Below, piece by piece: positions 34,353 to 35,388 of a stretch of DNA of 35,388 nucleotides (the stretch's first letter is position 1; each line of letters opens with the position of its first letter). The translations under genes were made by a program, and so were the position numbers. Under the pieces are notes generated by a model that ran no database searches, had not been told where the DNA came from, and saw only the letters and a list, made by a program, of their open reading frames with translations. Source of the DNA: Basidiobolus meristosporus CBS 931.73 (taxonomy: Eukaryota; Fungi; Basidiobolomycota); contig MCFE01000796.1 of the NCBI GenBank assembly GCA_002104905.1, positions 1-35,388 on the forward strand, in the 5' to 3' direction.

Positions 34353-35193
34353 TTAGGGGGAGGGAAAGTCACCAAAGTAGGTGAAATCTTTATTTGATTT
34401 CAGACAAGTCTAACTACAAATAAAGAAGCCAGCTGGGAATAGAAGATTCCCAAAGTAAACACTAAGTTGAATATGATTAAATCTAAGCTAAAGTTAAGGC
34501 AGTATCCCAGAGTACACTGGAGTTCAGGTTCATGGGGGAGTGAAGTAGATAAGCTTGAGAGATATAATAATCTTTGAGGAAGTGGGTAACAGCAGGTGAA
34601 GGGGAGTTTTTGATAAGTGAAGTGAATCTTGAGATCAGAGATTCCTCTAATGAGAAGGTCTTGTAAACTGGAGAATCAGGAAACTCTTTGAAGGCATGGT
34701 CAGTAGGTTCCCAGTAAAACTGGTCAGAGACATTTTGAGAGAATTGTTTAGCAATACTTTTGTCAAGTACTACCTCCAGAGTGTGATGGTTGATAAATCT
34801 CATGTTGACAATCTTGGATAAGTTGTAACCTTGTTGCTTGAGATACATCCTATGCTCAGATATAGGAATAAACTCTACATTGGCAAAGTAGCAGACAGCC
34901 CAGTCAGTAGCAGGAGGCAAATCAGAAGTGGCAGGAAACTTTCTTTTAGTCTTGGGAGGAGCAGCAGGATGTCTTGAGGAAGCAGGAACAGACTTTTTGA
35001 CAACTTCAGAGTAGGAAGAGTGAGCAGGAGCAGATAATTCTTGGGGAGTCTTGTTGGCAGGAAGAGTTGGCACAGGGACAATAGATTCTTGCAGATCAGA
35101 GAAGGCAGAAAAGAGCTTTTGAACTTGTTTCTTGAGTAGAGCATTTTCAGCTTCAACAAGTGCAAGCCTTTCCTCAAGGAAAGAAATCTGAAG
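34353..35193 (-). mobile_element. Telomeric array unit C: ORF1-only element, subfamily 1, capped by the telomere
   Basis: ORF stop at 34483 is followed by a 130 nt UTR with two AATAAA, a hairpin and CTCCCCCTAA; no RT between ORF1 and this 3' end. Confidence 0.88.
34483..35193 (-). CDS. ORF1/Gag-like protein of a non-LTR element (236 aa retained, N-terminally truncated by the telomere)
   Basis: Frame extends without stop upstream of the listed GTG start to the telomere: LQISFLEERLALVEAENALLKKQVQKLFSAFSDLQE (heptad coiled coil), then SYSEVVKK, a basic Pro-rich linker and an alpha/beta domain WAVCYFANVEFIPISEHRMYLKQQGYNLSKIVNMRFINHHTLEVVLD. ORF1 assignment is inference from architecture and context. 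Confidence 0.75.
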   Translation of the reverse strand, partial: LQISFLEERLALVEAENALLKKQVQKLFSAFSDLQESIVPVPTLPANKTPQELSAPAHSSYSEVVKKSVPASSRHPAAPPKTKRKFPATSDLPPATDWAVCYFANVEFIPISEHRMYLKQQGYNLSKIVNMRFINHHTLEVVLDKSIAKQFSQNVSDQFYWEPTDHAFKEFPDSPVYKTFSLEESLISRFTSLIKNSPSPAVTHFLKDYYISQAYLLHSPMNLNSSVLWDTALTLA

Positions 35194-35388
35194 GGTTAGG
35201 GTTAGGGTTAGGGTTAGGGTTAGGGTTAGGGTTAGGGTTAGGGTTAGGGTTAGGGTTAGGGGTTAGGGTTAGGGTTAGGGTTAGGGTTAGGGTTAGGGTT
35301 AGGGTTAGGGTTAGGGTTAGGGTTAGGGTTAGGGTTAGGGTTAGGGTTAGGGTTAGGGTTAGGGTTAGGGTTAGGGTTAGGGTTAGGT
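35192..35388 (+). repeat. Telomere (TTAGGG)n, about 32 units, one TTAGGGG variant near 35256
   Basis: Read directly; G-rich strand runs 5' to 3' toward the window end, as expected for a right chromosome end. Confidence 0.99.

Noticed and set aside
34875-35177. 100-aa alternative-frame ORF in unit C, and 32292-32576 / 32792-32998 plus-strand ORFs in unit A
   Set aside because: Overlapping frames of longer supported ORFs; not conserved in the paralogous units.
1-35388. tRNA/rRNA genes or a hammerhead ribozyme at the element 3' ends
   Set aside because: No cloverleaf or rRNA-like segment recognised, and no CTGAnGA...GAAA core seen in the 3' modules. tRNAscan-SE and Infernal would be needed to exclude them formally.

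Overview
Right-hand chromosome end of a fungus: short 53-67 nt GT-AG introns and a terminal (TTAGGG)n tract of about 32 repeats. An early-diverging lineage such as Zoopagomycota is plausible but not provable here. The window alternates CpG-retaining gene islands with strongly CpG-depleted transposon debris. The islands hold a 5-exon 14-TMS MFS transporter, two intronless secreted DUF3472-like paralogs (one fused to a hevein/CBM18 domain) and a small secreted orphan. The debris includes a full-length but disrupted Ty1/copia nested in a Ty3/gypsy relic, plus solo LTRs and copia fragments. The main finding is a 3.7 kb head-to-tail array directly under the telomere (31532-35193) of four 5'-truncated non-LTR retroelement units, all with the 5' end toward the tip. 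Two units carry a LINE-type RT (two subfamilies) and two carry only an ORF1-like protein (two subfamilies). Every unit ends in the same short 3' module: AATAAA, a TCACC-N4-6-GGTGA hairpin (degenerate in some copies) and a C-run ending CCCTAA, and abuts TTAGGG-like sequence. This looks like a bipartite, HeT-A/TART-like telomere-extending LINE system. Decayed copies of the same units in the same orientation lie at 15.5-16.7 kb and 10.07 kb and may be fossil chromosome ends. Counts and alignments were done by eye; no database search was run.
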